A stretch of DNA of 63,016 bases, the filler included, from Lenisia limosa (taxonomy: Eukaryota > Protista > Breviatea): the NCBI GenBank assembly GCA_001655205.1. It is 11 parts of 11 records of this genome, joined end to end, with 100 filler letters (N's around TTAATTAATTAA, not from the genome) between each part and the next. Parts side by side here need not be neighbours in the genome. Positions count along the whole stretch, not along the records: positions 8,850 to 22,164 come from LPNZ01004984.1; positions 22,265 to 27,748 come from LPNZ01009179.1; 9 more parts are not named here. One strand, 5' to 3'. Position 1 is the stretch's first letter. Each line of letters starts with the position of its first letter. Positions 13,031 through 25,641 of this stretch are shown piece after piece. The translations under genes and the position numbers were made by a program. The notes beneath the pieces are model-generated. The model ran no database searches. It was not told the DNA's origin and worked only from the letters and a program-made list of their open reading frames with translations.

Positions 13031-13747
13031 GTTAGCCCTCATATTGCACGCATATAAAACTAAATCTATCCAGTATGTATGATACGTACACAGATATATA
13101 TTTTCAGAATTAGTAATCTTTTTAAAAATGCAATTGACATTGGGTCAATTTAGTTTATTTTTCTGTGATGAAAGTAACATACATTCATACATTATCACTT
13201 GGGAACTTAACCTTATGATTGATACAAATGATATGGATATGATAATTAATATGAATAAACACCACCAAATTCATATCTGCACTAAGGGTGGTCATCCAAA
13301 CCACATATACCTTTTTTAAGGGGGGGGGGGTCCCTCAGCGTGGTGAAAAGGTATTCATAAGGTATACATAAGGTATACATACTTGGAGGAGGGGGTCAGG
13401 GTGATCGGAATACATGCTGGTGGAGTTTTATAGAATTTTGGGCGAAATGGCAGAAATACTCTTTATCGCATAAAAATTGTTTTTAGCTACAAGCCAACTT
13501 TTACGCAAGAAAGTTAACAAAGAGTGGAAATTAGTGAGATTAAGAATTCATTCGCTATCCTCTTGTAGCTCTTGAAGAAGAAGTCCTTGAATACAAAATA
13601 ATATATTGATTTTGTGTATGGTCAAAAAGATATTACATTAGGGGGAGGGGGGGAGGGGGAGAGTCATTTCATGACTGTATGTCATATAGGCATAGTATCA
13701 CATATAATGTGGATCAGCTTAACCCCTTTTAGGGAAGTGTTGCCAAG

Positions 13748-16700
13748 TCAGGCACGGTTCTTCTTCGCCCCACAGACCAGCAACAGCACCAAAAGAAACA
13801 GTCCAAGTGTTGCGCATAGACCCCTTTATAAAGAAATTAGAACTTTCAAATGGTCCACCCCCTCCTTTGCGCACTATTTTGCAAGAACCCTTCGACATTC
13901 CTCAGCGACCTGGCCTTGACCCAGAACTCTGGAAAAATGAAAAGATACCCAAAATCTGAAATAGACCCGCGGCGTTTAGGGAACTTAGACAAATAAATAA
14001 TAACATCCAAATGATAGTCCTTTAGATTAAGAATGTTCATGATATTCCCTCACCAACTCAAGTTGGAGCCTGTTTTATTGGGTATTTTTGAAAGCGCAAT
14101 ACGGAAACTAATTACCATTTGGAGTCTCCCATACAGTTCAGAAAATGATCATTTTTCCTCATGAGCACAAGCTTGTACAAGAGTTTGGCGATATTCTGAT
14201 CTGAACGAATGATCTGAACGAATGATTTGTTTTTCTTGGTGATTCTAACCTTTAGACATGAATAATTCAGGTCTGCCATTACGGCTCATTAACTTAGGGA
14301 ATGATGAAAAAGTTGGGACTTGTTTACATGGGAATTCCCCCCATTTTTGTGGAAATCTGAATAAATTTATGGGATTCCATGCTATGGGAATCCCAAGACG
14401 ATGCTCTCTTGAGAGCTTTTTATACCGATTCACATCTATTATACCATTGATTTGGATTGTATTATTACTTTCCCAGATTCCAGATTTACCCACCGTATTT
14501 AGCTTCCATTTACCGCACCAAACTGGAGCAAACACTCATAAGGCCATATGAAAAAATATTATACATTTCATTTCAATAATAATAACATCTGATAATACAA
14601 TAAAATAGAGCTTTTGGGCATTTCACAATTCTAAATGAGTAAGACTTTTGCTCATATCTATTCACAAAAAATACATGAATGTTGCGAAGTCATAGCTGAT
14701 GATCTTCCCTTTTTTGGGTCTAATTATAATAATATTTCTCTTAGCCCACCTCAAACACCAACATCCGTCAATTCTGTATAGGTTGGTAGAGTCGAGTCGC
14801 TATGTGGACCTTCCCTAAAGAGATGATGATAATGATGGTGATGATGATAGGTGTGAAGAGGAGGGTGATGGTAGTGGTGATGATCATATGGTAACGGTAA
14901 TGATGATGATGGTTATGATAATGACTGTATGGAATCAAGCCCATCGTACGTCTTAAAAACGTCTTGACCGTTGACAACGGAGTTCTGGGGGGTCAGTTAT
15001 AAAATTTGAAACAGAGATAGATATTTCAAAAACTCCAGAGTTATTTCATTTACACTACGACGTACGACTTGGGATTCCCAACTGTTTCAAAAGAATCCCA
15101 AATAAATGCGCTGAAGTTTACTACAAATAATAGCATCAGTTAATAATGTAATTTGGGATTGACAGCAAACATAGTCAGGAAGTTCACTTGGTGCAGGCAG
15201 CATCTCTGGACGAGTAAAACAGTAACAAACTCATGGTTAGTACTTCCGTTGGTTTCTAAAAGACCATTCATATCATATACTATATTAGATATTCCCTTGA
15301 ATCCAGAAATTATGTCTTGAGATGAATTTATCTATCAAGAAAATTAAGTATCCGTAATAATGATTGTTCATTTTAACAAAGCAATGCTCACCTTCAGGAG
15401 CCCAATTATATTGTCTTTGAGGAGATACACGCGGTGGGTCGGAATCGATGCGAGAAGTTCCATAGGTTAGGGGTTGGGAGGTTACTTCACTGCTCTTCCC
15501 TTCTAAGTGTATTAATTTGAGGTTCCATATATTCTATATGCATATGAGATGAGAAATAAACCAACATTTTATCTGGCCGAAGCCGTCCAAACCACGCTTA
15601 TTGATTATTATTAAATATTAATTCACCAATCATTTGCCAATGAAGATGCCCCTGAGAGGGGCACAGACCTTTTGAGCATGACGATGGTTTGGTCGGAGGA
15701 TTTGGACTCGATATTCGCCTGGTGTCGACCGTACATGCAGTCGGTCCAGCAGAGGAGTTAAATTCGCTGTCTTCATGATACGACTGCACAGTGGTGTTTC
15801 CACTTTTGCCTGGTAGATAAAGATAAAGGCCTGAATCGAAGGTAAATTCGAAGAATCTGAACAGTTTATTGAGATATTAATTAAAAAGGAAGAAGCGCAT
15901 AGCGTAACCAGAATTTATAAACTTTAATTTCTAATTTCGGTAAAAGCGGGGTAACAAAGTGGGGAGATATTGGGGGGGGGGGGNNNNNNNNNNNNNNNNN
16001 NNNNNNNNNNNNNNNNNNNNNNNNNNNNNNNNNNNNNNNNNNNNNNNNNNNNNNNNNNNNNNNNNNNNNNNTAATCACAACGCTAGTTGCACAAATTAGT
16101 CCAACATAAACTGAAAGAGGAATTAAAAAGACCGCACGGGCATAAGTAAATCATTTGCCTTACAGCTTGGCGGCTTTTTACCTACCCAACAAATTAATTC
16201 ACCCAATCATTTTCCTTATATGATATGTATAACTTTCTATGTGTCTCTGATTGGGACGGAGTTACACAACGAGCCTGAATAAACTCTCCAAGCTCACCAT
16301 ATACAGTATTCTTAGTTGTTGACATATCTGCCTCTTTATCTAGGATATCAATGAGTCAAACTTCGAAAAGAAATCAAAAGATAAGGTTGGATTCAGATGG
16401 TTGAAGAGCTGATACAGTATCACATAATATCACAGTATTATTTAACGGAGTATCTAACCAAGACATCCACAATATCAACGGAGTATCTGACCAAGACAAC
16501 CACGATATAAAGTTGAGAAGAAAAATAGGTTGGATTATATCAATTCACACAATCATATACCTTACATCCCTGTGCATTATTCCTACCCCGAGCTTGAGTT
16601 TGTTTAGTAGTCCCAGCGTACCATCAATGGACTCTTGAGTGTAAACACCAGAACTAGGATCTGATACTCCAACCTGTGAATTTCAATATGAAATGAAGAG

Positions 16701-19700
16701 ATTTTTGCGACTAAATAAGAGATAAGAGTTATTTAGACCCCCCCCCCCCAAGATCACAACTTGCAACTATTTACCAGTACTTTTGATAAAACACTAAGCT
16801 AACTTCTGAACTGAGGTATTTTGTAATATAAAATACCGCCGCCTCCAGAACCAATGCCTACACTCAACGTAAGAGGGTCAAAATAGGTGCCGACAGGGAC
16901 TGTCTCAATAATATTGCCACAAAGATCAGCTGTGATGATTAATAAATAATAATGCCACAAAGATCAGCTTTAGTGATTACTCAATAATATTTCCACAAAG
17001 ATCAGCTGTGATGGTTAATAAATAATATTGCCACAAAGATCAGCTGTGATGGTTAATAAATAATATTGCCACAAAGGTCGGCTGTGGTGCTTACTCAATA
17101 CACTCACTATCATTAAAAACTGAATATATACCGAATCACATTGTATGAAATTACATTGATAGGATACAATTGAAAAGGACGAGGGTTGGTTTGAAACCAA
17201 TTTATTCATATCATGGTTTCATTCACTTCGAAATATCCCAAAAAAATTCAGATATTTGTCAGCATTAACTTCTCTTCGGTTAGATTATCAGCGGATATTT
17301 ATCGAGGATTTATCGAGGATTTATCGGGATTTATTGAGGATTGGTCGGGGTTTTATCAAGAAGTACAATCATTTTTCTGATCAACGTAAAGTCACATAGC
17401 CAATTATGAGATACTAAACTCACCATATCACATAATCCCACGTCCCAAACCAACAATGTGTGGTTGCAGTGGAGACTGCGACGTAATAGAGCATTTCGAC
17501 TACAACATAGGAGTCGCCCCAGTCTTGCTGCCACTGTAATACAGTGCCCAATGCCCTACAAAGTGAAAATGACCGCCCTACCCCAGGCAAGTCCCCAAAA
17601 TCCTCACCTCCAGACAAGAATATTGGAATTAGAGTATGAGTAAAGGAAGTATGGTAATACAGCAGCAAATACATGATTTGAATAACAAAAGATAAAAGAT
17701 TTAAAAGTTTGAAAGGGGGTAAAAATCTTTAGAGATTACATGAAATATGCAGAATGGTTCATGGTTTCATTAAAGAGCGAACAGGTTGCGACAATACCAC
17801 CTGGGTGAGGAACTGTAAAACAAGATTGAGATTATGAACCTGTGAAATTCGTATCCCCAGAGTAATTTCTTGAAATTGATCTAAGTTTGAAGAGTCATCT
17901 ACAACCCTCTTTACCCATCCCAATTACTCTCCACTGATTGTTGTTTTGTTGTGGTTGAAGTTAATATCGATATTGCCCTAAGTAATTAGAGGCTGATAGA
18001 GGTCAATAAAGGGGGGTTCACATTGATCATAAATTTAAAGAAAACCTCCAAACCAGTTTTGCATTTGTTAGTGCCTGTGACGTCGTATTCCCTTCAGAAG
18101 TTTTGGTGATGAAAAAGCCCTGGAAAATAAATCTAGCACTCCAATTCAAAACAAGAACCTAGTATTGTAAAACCCCTTGAAATCAATTGAACATTTTTTA
18201 AAGTGGGCAATACAATGTAGCGATAAGACAATTGAATTGCAAATTTCCCAAATAAATTTCTTCAAACAATTTAATGCAGGGCTCCTAATTATTTTTTGAA
18301 GAATATAAATCTTAGCGGGGTACTGAGGCGGTCAGAACACCTGAGATGGATCTCTCCCTCCTCCCTATCATATAGATCTTTTTTTATTGATAAAAGCCTC
18401 CTGGCGATGTTTTGGAAGATTCCAGTTCATATTAAAAGTCTAGCTTTTTCGGCTGAAATCTTCAAAAACTCAAATTTTCCATTCCTATTTGGGAATTTCA
18501 GTAAAAATGTCAAGATATATATCATTATGTGTATCATATGTACATATCTCTCGAGCCTACTCATTTCAAAATTTGTATAGATACTGAAAAGACAAGCCAA
18601 TAATTTACCAGAGCTACACTTCCAGACCAAAAGAGGTACAATATCGATATTTATTGATTTGCCTACCTCATAAGATGGGTATATAGTTCCTCCAACGATT
18701 TTTTGGTGTACCACAATGCCAGCCCTAAACAAAGTGAACAGCTCTCTGTACACAATTGAGTGGTCTATACTATTTACATTGGGGATAAAATGGAATTATT
18801 ATTCCCTGTGTAACTATCAGAGTTCTCTGCCATTCTTGTTAACTGTCGTTCACAAACACTACGGTTTGGTAAAACAACACTAGTGGATCTAAGCTAGTCC
18901 TACCATACAACAAAAATTCACACACACATACATATCACATGATACTTAGTTTGTATCATAAAGCTAAGTATTAAATCTAAAAAAAGTGCTCCTAGTATAC
19001 AATGTATTTGAGGAGTCCTGGCCAACCGGGTAGTAATTGCCGTATTGAGTGAGCGAAGCGTGAATTCGACTGCAATGCCCGGTTGGAGACTCACAATGGA
19101 CAATCGGAATGTGTAGGGGAAGGAGCTGGGAGTATGGGAAAGCAAGTTGGAGAAACTGGGCATGAAGGAGAAAGAACGGAATGATGTTTCGTTGTATCTC
19201 TTTTGTATATTATTAGTTTCAAGCCGAAAATAATGAGCAATTGCAACGAAATAACAAGTTTTTTCCAAACCTTTGATTAAGGCCGATATATCCAACACTG
19301 GATACAGAAAGAACCCACCCACGTGCTTTTGATCTCAGTTACAATTTCGCCACCATAAGTGCGGAGATTGACAGCAGGCCAAAATCTCTCAGTTTTGTAA
19401 GGGTTTGTGTACAAAGTCTGTTTAAGGTCATCGTCATAGCTGTTGACCTCCTAGGATGTAATACAGTATATCATGTAAAGCTGAGGCAATAGTATGCTAT
19501 GTATATCATATCCTATGTATGTGGAAAAATATGCTTCTTTTATTGCAATATTAGTAGGGCTTCCATATGGCCCAAAAAGACCAATATAATATCAAGATTT
19601 ATCAAGACTTATCAAGATTTATCAAGATTTATCAAAATAATCCGTCTTTTTGGGACTGCAAGGAAGCCGTATGTAAAGGTAGCTATTCCGAAAGTAGCAT

Positions 19701-20750
19701 ATGTCACTACTATAATTATACCCCTATCATATTTCATATCATATAGCATAGTACACATATAGAGGCGTCACAAGAAGAACCTAATTAACAATGTAATGAC
19801 ACAGACATTAAAGAGATTTCATTACCTGATGTGGGTCTAAGATAAGTTCATGCTGGCGAACAGTGTAATCGATGCAAATGTCTTGAATATGGGCCTTTTT
19901 GGAAAAGACACACGCAGATGTCCATTGGCATAAACAACTATTTCGGTGAAAATCAGACAATTTGAAATAACCACATGTACTGGCGCCATTTGTTTTTATC
20001 AGAATCAATGGAAATTATACCTAATTAATTCTCTTTCAAAAAAAAAGAAGTCATAATTAGGAGGCAATAAAACAATTGAATCCCATTTTGGATATATATA
20101 TATATATCGATATATCATAGTATAGCTATAATATATATTATACTATATATTGTACATAATATGTTTAAATGAGGATATATGTACCTTAGTCTATTTATTT
20201 CCTAATAGGCTCGATTCTTTTTTATATACCGATGAGGATGATGGACAAAATGTGCTCACATTGGAAGGATCAGCAAAAAGAGCCCTCTGTTGAACTCTTT
20301 TTCCATTGGCATTTGACGTTCAAAGTTCTAAAGATCTAGGGCTGTTAGTATTTTCCCAAAGACATGAATATAATGATGTTTTTTAATAGCTATTAATGGT
20401 TACTATTAATCCTTATCTAGTTTAGAGATGAAAATTAAAAAATGGCAGTATCTAGCAGTGTCTGAAATGGAGTTGCCATGACGATATGCCTCACTAATTA
20501 ATATTCAATTAATTCCACGGAGCCCTACTTTTAGGGGTAATGGATTAAGTTCACCCAATCATATACCGTAAAGCCATAAGAATACAAACACGTGAATCTT
20601 AACTCATACCAAAGGGTAGCGGTTACTCTCAGTCAATTGATGAGAGGGATGGCATTCTCTAAGTAAGTCCTTCAAAGCTCCACGTGGGCGGTTAGACGGG
20701 GCATCTGGGACCGTGTTGTATTTGCAATGTATTTGTCAGTTACACCATCC
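13748..20750 (-). CDS. Large multi-exon hypothetical type I membrane protein (possibly more than one gene)
   Basis: >20 open minus-strand exons, e.g. EVNSYDDDLKQTLYTNPYKTERFWPAVNLRTYGGEIVTEIKS (~19322-19452), ALGTVLQWQQDWGDSYVVVEMLYYVAVSTATTHCWFGT, VGVSDPSSGVYTQESIDGTLGLLNKLKLG. Final exon GLCATLGLFLLVLLLVCGAKKNRA* is a TM helix plus short basic tail ending TGA at 13748-13750. Confidence 0.65.
15547..15638 (-). repeat. Family B dispersed repeat (internal deletion)
   Basis: GGCAAATGATTGGTGAATT..AAGCGTGGTTTGGACGGCTTCGGCCAGAT..TTTATTTCTCATC. Confidence 0.8.
16905..17095. repeat. Intronic minisatellite, ~37-bp unit x5
   Basis: CCACAAAGATCAGCTGTGATGGTTAATAAATAATATTG repeated. Confidence 0.9.
19557..19669. 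mobile_element. Family A MITE variant with internal 10-bp tandem expansion
   Basis: TA|GGGCTTCCATATGGCCC...GGGACTGCAAGGAAGCCG|TA; ATCAAGA(T/C)TT x4 inside. Confidence 0.7.
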
Positions 20751-20912
20751 AACAAACAGAACACACAAATTTACACCAACTACCCACACTGCACCTACAA
20801 TCCTACAATAATTCGACAATCAACAACTGTTTCTTTTTAAAGAAAATATCGAAAAATTTCGAGTATAAAACCAATTGTCTTTTTCTAAATTTTCACACAT
20901 ATACACGTAATA

Positions 20913-22164
20913 ATGAAGTATTTTGTGTTGTTAGCAGTATTGGCGGCGTTATTTAGCGCTATCACCGCCGACATTCCGGTTGATCTTCTTGAGAAGCAGC
21001 AAAACCAAGCCGCTAATGATGGAGGAAAGGTGAGGTAATGAGTTAAAGACATTTATCAAGAGATTTCTTTGTCCCCCCCCCCTCTCTCTCTCCACCACTC
21101 CACCATCCAAAGGTGCTAGCTCTGCCTGGACTACAAAAACTTTCCTTAGCCCTTAACCCCCTTAGATTTGGGCAGTTCTTGCTGCAGGTTCCACGGGCTA
21201 TAGCAACTATCGCCATCACGGTGATGTGTACCATGCTTATCAGGTATGCTTTTCTCTTATATGCGTGATGGTGGGATTAGCTTCAGCTGGATGCAACTTG
21301 TTTTATTTCTCATCTCTATAATTATATTATTTATGTTTGGGGAGGCACCCAGAAATTTGTGCACGTAGGTATAAGACAGATGTTTGGGTGAATTGTTTTT
21401 ATACTATCATCCAATGTCTCCTCGAAGCGTGATTGACCTATTTTCCCCTTAGTAATAATTTATCTTCAGTAGGGTTATGCGGTCCGAAAAGACCGTTTAA
21501 AATCGATATTTATCGAGGATTTATCGAGAGATTCAGTTTTTTTTGGCTCATAGGGAACCCCTAATCTTCAAAGACCCCGTCTCCCATTTATCTCCCCATT
21601 TTCCAGGTGGTGAAATCTCACGGAGTGCCCGAGGAACAGATCATCATTATGCATCATGACGACATTGCCCACAACCTCCTCAACCCCACGAAGGTTTGCT
21701 GTCTCCTCGGGGGACTTGGTGATGGGGGGGGGGGGGNNNNNNNNNNNNNNNNNNNNNNNNNNNNNNNNNNNNNNNNNNNNNNNNNNNNNNNNNNNNNNNN
21801 NCGGTACTTTAAGAAGAATCTCTCACACAGTACATTATAAAAGAAGATTCTCTAACCCAGTACAAGAATCTCTTATTCAGTACAAGAATCTCTAACCCAG
21901 TACAAGATTCTCTATTCCAGTACAAGATTCAGTCTCTAATCCATTACACGAATCTCTAATCCATTGCAAGAATCTCTAATCCAGCACAAGAATCTCTAAC
22001 CAGTAACACGAATCCCTAATCCAGTACAAGAGTCTCTAACCCAGCATAGGGTGTGGTGGTCAACCGCCCAGGCAAAGACGCTCCAAACGTATACGAGGGT
22101 GTCCCGAAGCACTACACCCATCTCCATGTCACTTCGAAGAACTTTCAGCACATTTTGAAGGGTT
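20913..22164 (+). CDS. LGMN: Legumain / asparaginyl endopeptidase (peptidase C13), 5' part
   Basis: Signal peptide [19 protein letters not shown]; exons [93 protein letters not shown] match the C13 N-terminus. Truncated before the catalytic His-Cys dyad. Confidence 0.95.
21472..21561. mobile_element. Family A MITE variant in legumain intron
   Basis: TA|GGGTTATGCGGTCCGAAAAGAC...TTTATCGAGGATTTATCGAGAGATTCAG...AGGGAACCCC|TA. Confidence 0.75.
21838..22048. repeat. Intronic minisatellite, ~19-20-bp unit, ~10 copies
   Basis: CCAGTACAAGAATCTCTAA variants in the legumain intron. Confidence 0.9.
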
Positions 22165-22264
22165 NNNNNNNNNNNNNNNNNNNNNNNNNNNNNNNNNNNN
22201 NNNNNNNNTTAATTAATTAANNNNNNNNNNNNNNNNNNNNNNNNNNNNNNNNNNNNNNNNNNNN
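22165..22264. other. Artificial contig-joining spacer
   Basis: Same structure; truncates legumain on the left and the AAA gene on the right. Confidence 0.97.
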
Positions 22265-22330
22265 AATACATATAATACATATAATACATATAATACATAT
22301 AATACATATAATACATATAATACATATATA
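22265..22330. repeat. 9-bp tandem repeat at contig end
   Basis: AATACATAT x~7. Confidence 0.9.
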
Positions 22331-22519
22331 ACTATACGCAAATCATTTAATGTGAGCAAAAATGCGAGAATATTAAAATAATGGGGGAAATTACTAATCC
22401 ACACTTGTATTGACACAAAAAATACACACACATGTAATTATGCGAACAAAATCTGTTTATATGACAATAGTTTTAATCAATGATTGGTTATCTGAATGTA
22501 CAATTATTTCCATACCAAA

Positions 22520-25085
22520 TCAGTGTTCATAATTTTGAGAAGTGCCGGTTTTCCAGTTGTAATTGCTTGGACAAGAGGAGTTGGTACTACAACAAGCTCA
22601 TTTTTGCGGGGCTGTACTTTGTAAAACACTGACTCAATAGACCCAGACGGAGGGAGAGAAATGATAATTCCTTTTGACAGGGCTGCTTTGAATAGAGATG
22701 ATTTGCCACTTCCTGAAGGTCCAGTCACACAAACGTTTACCTTGTTTTCTCTAAATAATCTAAAAGCTTCTTGCCTGCCTTTAGTAATGCAAAAGTCGCC
22801 AACATGGCCAGTGTCACTTTCCATTTTCTTGATCATGCCGAATTGGTTGTATTCATTTAGGATTTCAACCAGTTTTCCTGGAACCAGTTGAACTGTAATG
22901 TCACTTTGCTCCTCTGACAGTGTCGTCAGTATTGTCATTTTATCACAGAATTCAGCAATCATGGAGACAACTGTCCGCTCAATTGAAGAGTTTGATTCCA
23001 TCTTTTCATAGTTTGTGGAAAACTTCTGAATTAAGGCCGATTGAATTCCAGTAAGGTTATGGTATTTGAATGAGGAACTAAAACTTTCCAAAACTGAAAG
23101 AAGCAAGCCTGCTTTTTTGGCACTTGGTTTATGCCGGAAGTAGACATTGAAAAGAAAAGTCATTCCCTTCCTTACTTCAACATCTTGAGGAAGAGCTAGT
23201 GTGACACCAACTATTTCATACAACATCTGTTTTGTAATACAATTGCAGAGTCGAAGCAAACATGCAGACCAAACTTGCTCCTTTTGTATGACTTGAATAG
23301 AAGCTTTTGTTTGAATGCAATGCTGAAACACGTTGAAAATTAAGGAATCGTCCTTGCTTTTGGACATAAGCAATTTCAGACCATTAATGAAAAAAATGCA
23401 AGTTTGGCCTTCTCTTCAGTGGCAGTGCTAATGCTTCTTGCAAAATTTTACCGCAGAAGTTTACAAGACTTTCATTGGAGCTTTTTTTCTGTAAATATCT
23501 GAGAGTAAACTCCATTGTTACTTGGAGATGTTCTTTAGTATCAAGTAGGTCTCCAATTCTTTCGGTCAGAAGTGCGATAAGAAACTCAGAGAATTTTGAG
23601 TCCATGAATTCATTCAACAAAGTGGCTACAAAAGCATCTTCATTATGGTAGATACCCCATATAGTGCTGAGAAGTTCAACGAAATGTTCTATTGCATTTA
23701 CGTGTCCTAAAATAACAATTGGATCCAAATGAAATTCACTCATATAGCTCTCGATAAGATTCAGTGACAGGGCCAGACTAGGAGAAGACATTAACTGTAT
23801 TGCCTTCTGAATTTGCTTTTCCAGGTTAACTGAAGTGCACTGCGTAAATACGTCAATATTGTTTAGAAGGAATTCAAGATCGTATTCGGTCTTCAAATTT
23901 TCAAAAAAGAATACAATACAGTATTCTGGATGATGCGCATAACCTCCCCCAATAATTATTTTTGAGAAATGGTCCTTAATTTCAGGAGAACAGTTTTCAA
24001 ATAGCAGTGGTAGCTCTGGTAATAAAGTACATCGTTTTTCATAGACATATTCAAAACCATTGCAATGTCATCCAAATAATCCACAGTTGGTTGTGACGCA
24101 AGTAATTCAGAAAGCCACTCCCCAAAAAGAGCTTTAATTTTCTTGCCAAGAGGTTCAATTTCTGAAAGAAAGATGAGTGAAGACAATACCTCTTTATGTC
24201 CATTTCGTCTGAAGTCTACGGATTCTTGAACAGATTCTTCACAGCGGTCACTCCAACACCGCAATTTCATTTCATTTTGTGAAGATGATTCAGTAAAACT
24301 CTCATTGACAATTTCAATGAAATTGTTTATTCCAGGTGGTACAATTGAATGTATTACTCTTGAGTAGTGACCGCCAGTGCAATTGTTTCAAAGTTAACCA
24401 GAGACATGGTGGTGTCCATTGGTAGATATCTCAGAAGGGCTGCAAACAGAGCGTGTTCAGAGTCCCTCAAAGAAGGATCAGAGGTGTCTGAGTACAAATT
24501 GGGAAATGTTAGAGAGGATAACATTTTTTTCTTGTATTCAGGCTTGATTGGCAGATTCAGTGACTTCTTTTTGGCAATCATAGCCTTCATGAACCTGATA
24601 CTACCAACACATAATGCCATCTATAATGTCACACCAAATAGTACCTAAGAAATCATCACATACCTCTTCTTTCAGTTCATCAGATGTTTCTGGGCAGCGG
24701 AAATAGCGAACGAGAAGTTTCAATAGAACTAGCCTGAACTGAGAAAGGATGTCATCATGATTCAACTGCGTTGTATGCAAAAGAGCATGACTTGCATGCA
24801 AAAAGAGTTGGTTCCTGTGATTGTTACCCTTTTCAGGGAATCTGTTGAATGTATCATCTAATTCAGCAGATACAGACACCAATTTGTGGCATTGTGTTTT
24901 ATTATCACTCTCCGATTTTATCTCAGTAACAAGAGAGCACACTTGATGGATGACCATGCTTGCAATTGGCGGCAAGACCGGCTAGAAACAGCTCTAGAAG
25001 AATGTAAATTCCCGTAATTCCCTGACCAACCATGGCAATCTTATCCAAAACAGGTTTCTGAATGCGATTGTAGTTTACTTTCTGG
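22520..25085 (-). pseudogene. Long frameshifted coding region ending in an AAA_5 / midasin-like P-loop module (pseudogene or sequencing-error-broken gene)
   Basis: Five ORF-track fragments join into one ~850-aa frame with single-base corrections. Walker A VCVTGPSGSGKSSL (P-loop 22699-22722) is followed by SIESVFYKVQP..ELVVVPTPLVQAITTGKPALL, resembling MoxR/dynein-related AAA modules. Probable donor gtatgg at ~22515. Confidence 0.6.
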
Positions 25086-25641
25086 TGATTTTAAGCAATT
25101 GAAAAACGATTGAAAAAACTAGAAGTGTCAGCGTAAATTTCCATTTTGATAGAAATAGAAATGCGATATAATAACCTCAACCCACACACCTACTCTTCTT
25201 ACTGAAGATGCGTTTAAAAAACTTCAAAATAGCTTTTTTTGATGTTTTAACTGTTTGTATGTGGTTTTTCACAACCAAAAAAGGTACAAAACGGAACACC
25301 CACGGAAACAACGGAACAATATAACCTTCCAAATAAGGAAGGTTTGCGAACTCTTTGCTATGGTTTTGTGACTTTTTGTGTTGTTTTCTTTTTTGGTTTT
25401 TCAACAGCAAGCTTATTTTTTGTGGATAATAACGTATTACTAAGTGCCTCAGATTGTTCCGTTATATGCAATCACCGCAAAATCTTGCGTTCACGCGCAT
25501 TATTTCATTGAGATCGAGGGATCAGAATTTTTTTTCTCGTTTTTGCCTTCCACTTTGCTGCGACTGCGAGGCGATTTTCACACATTTTGTTCAGCTGCTC
25601 AGTCATTAGTTTTCAGATATAAATTTAAAAGGCTGTCAACA

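Noticed and set aside
14745-14820. In-frame TGA suggesting a non-standard genetic code
   Set aside because: An alternative acceptor (CATAG) gives an open frame; TAA and TGA end genes normally elsewhere and conserved exons have no internal stops.
23950-23970. Euplotes-like AAA-TAA programmed +1 frameshift
   Set aside because: The continuing frame needs a -1 shift located further upstream, and the other breaks lack the motif and vary in direction.
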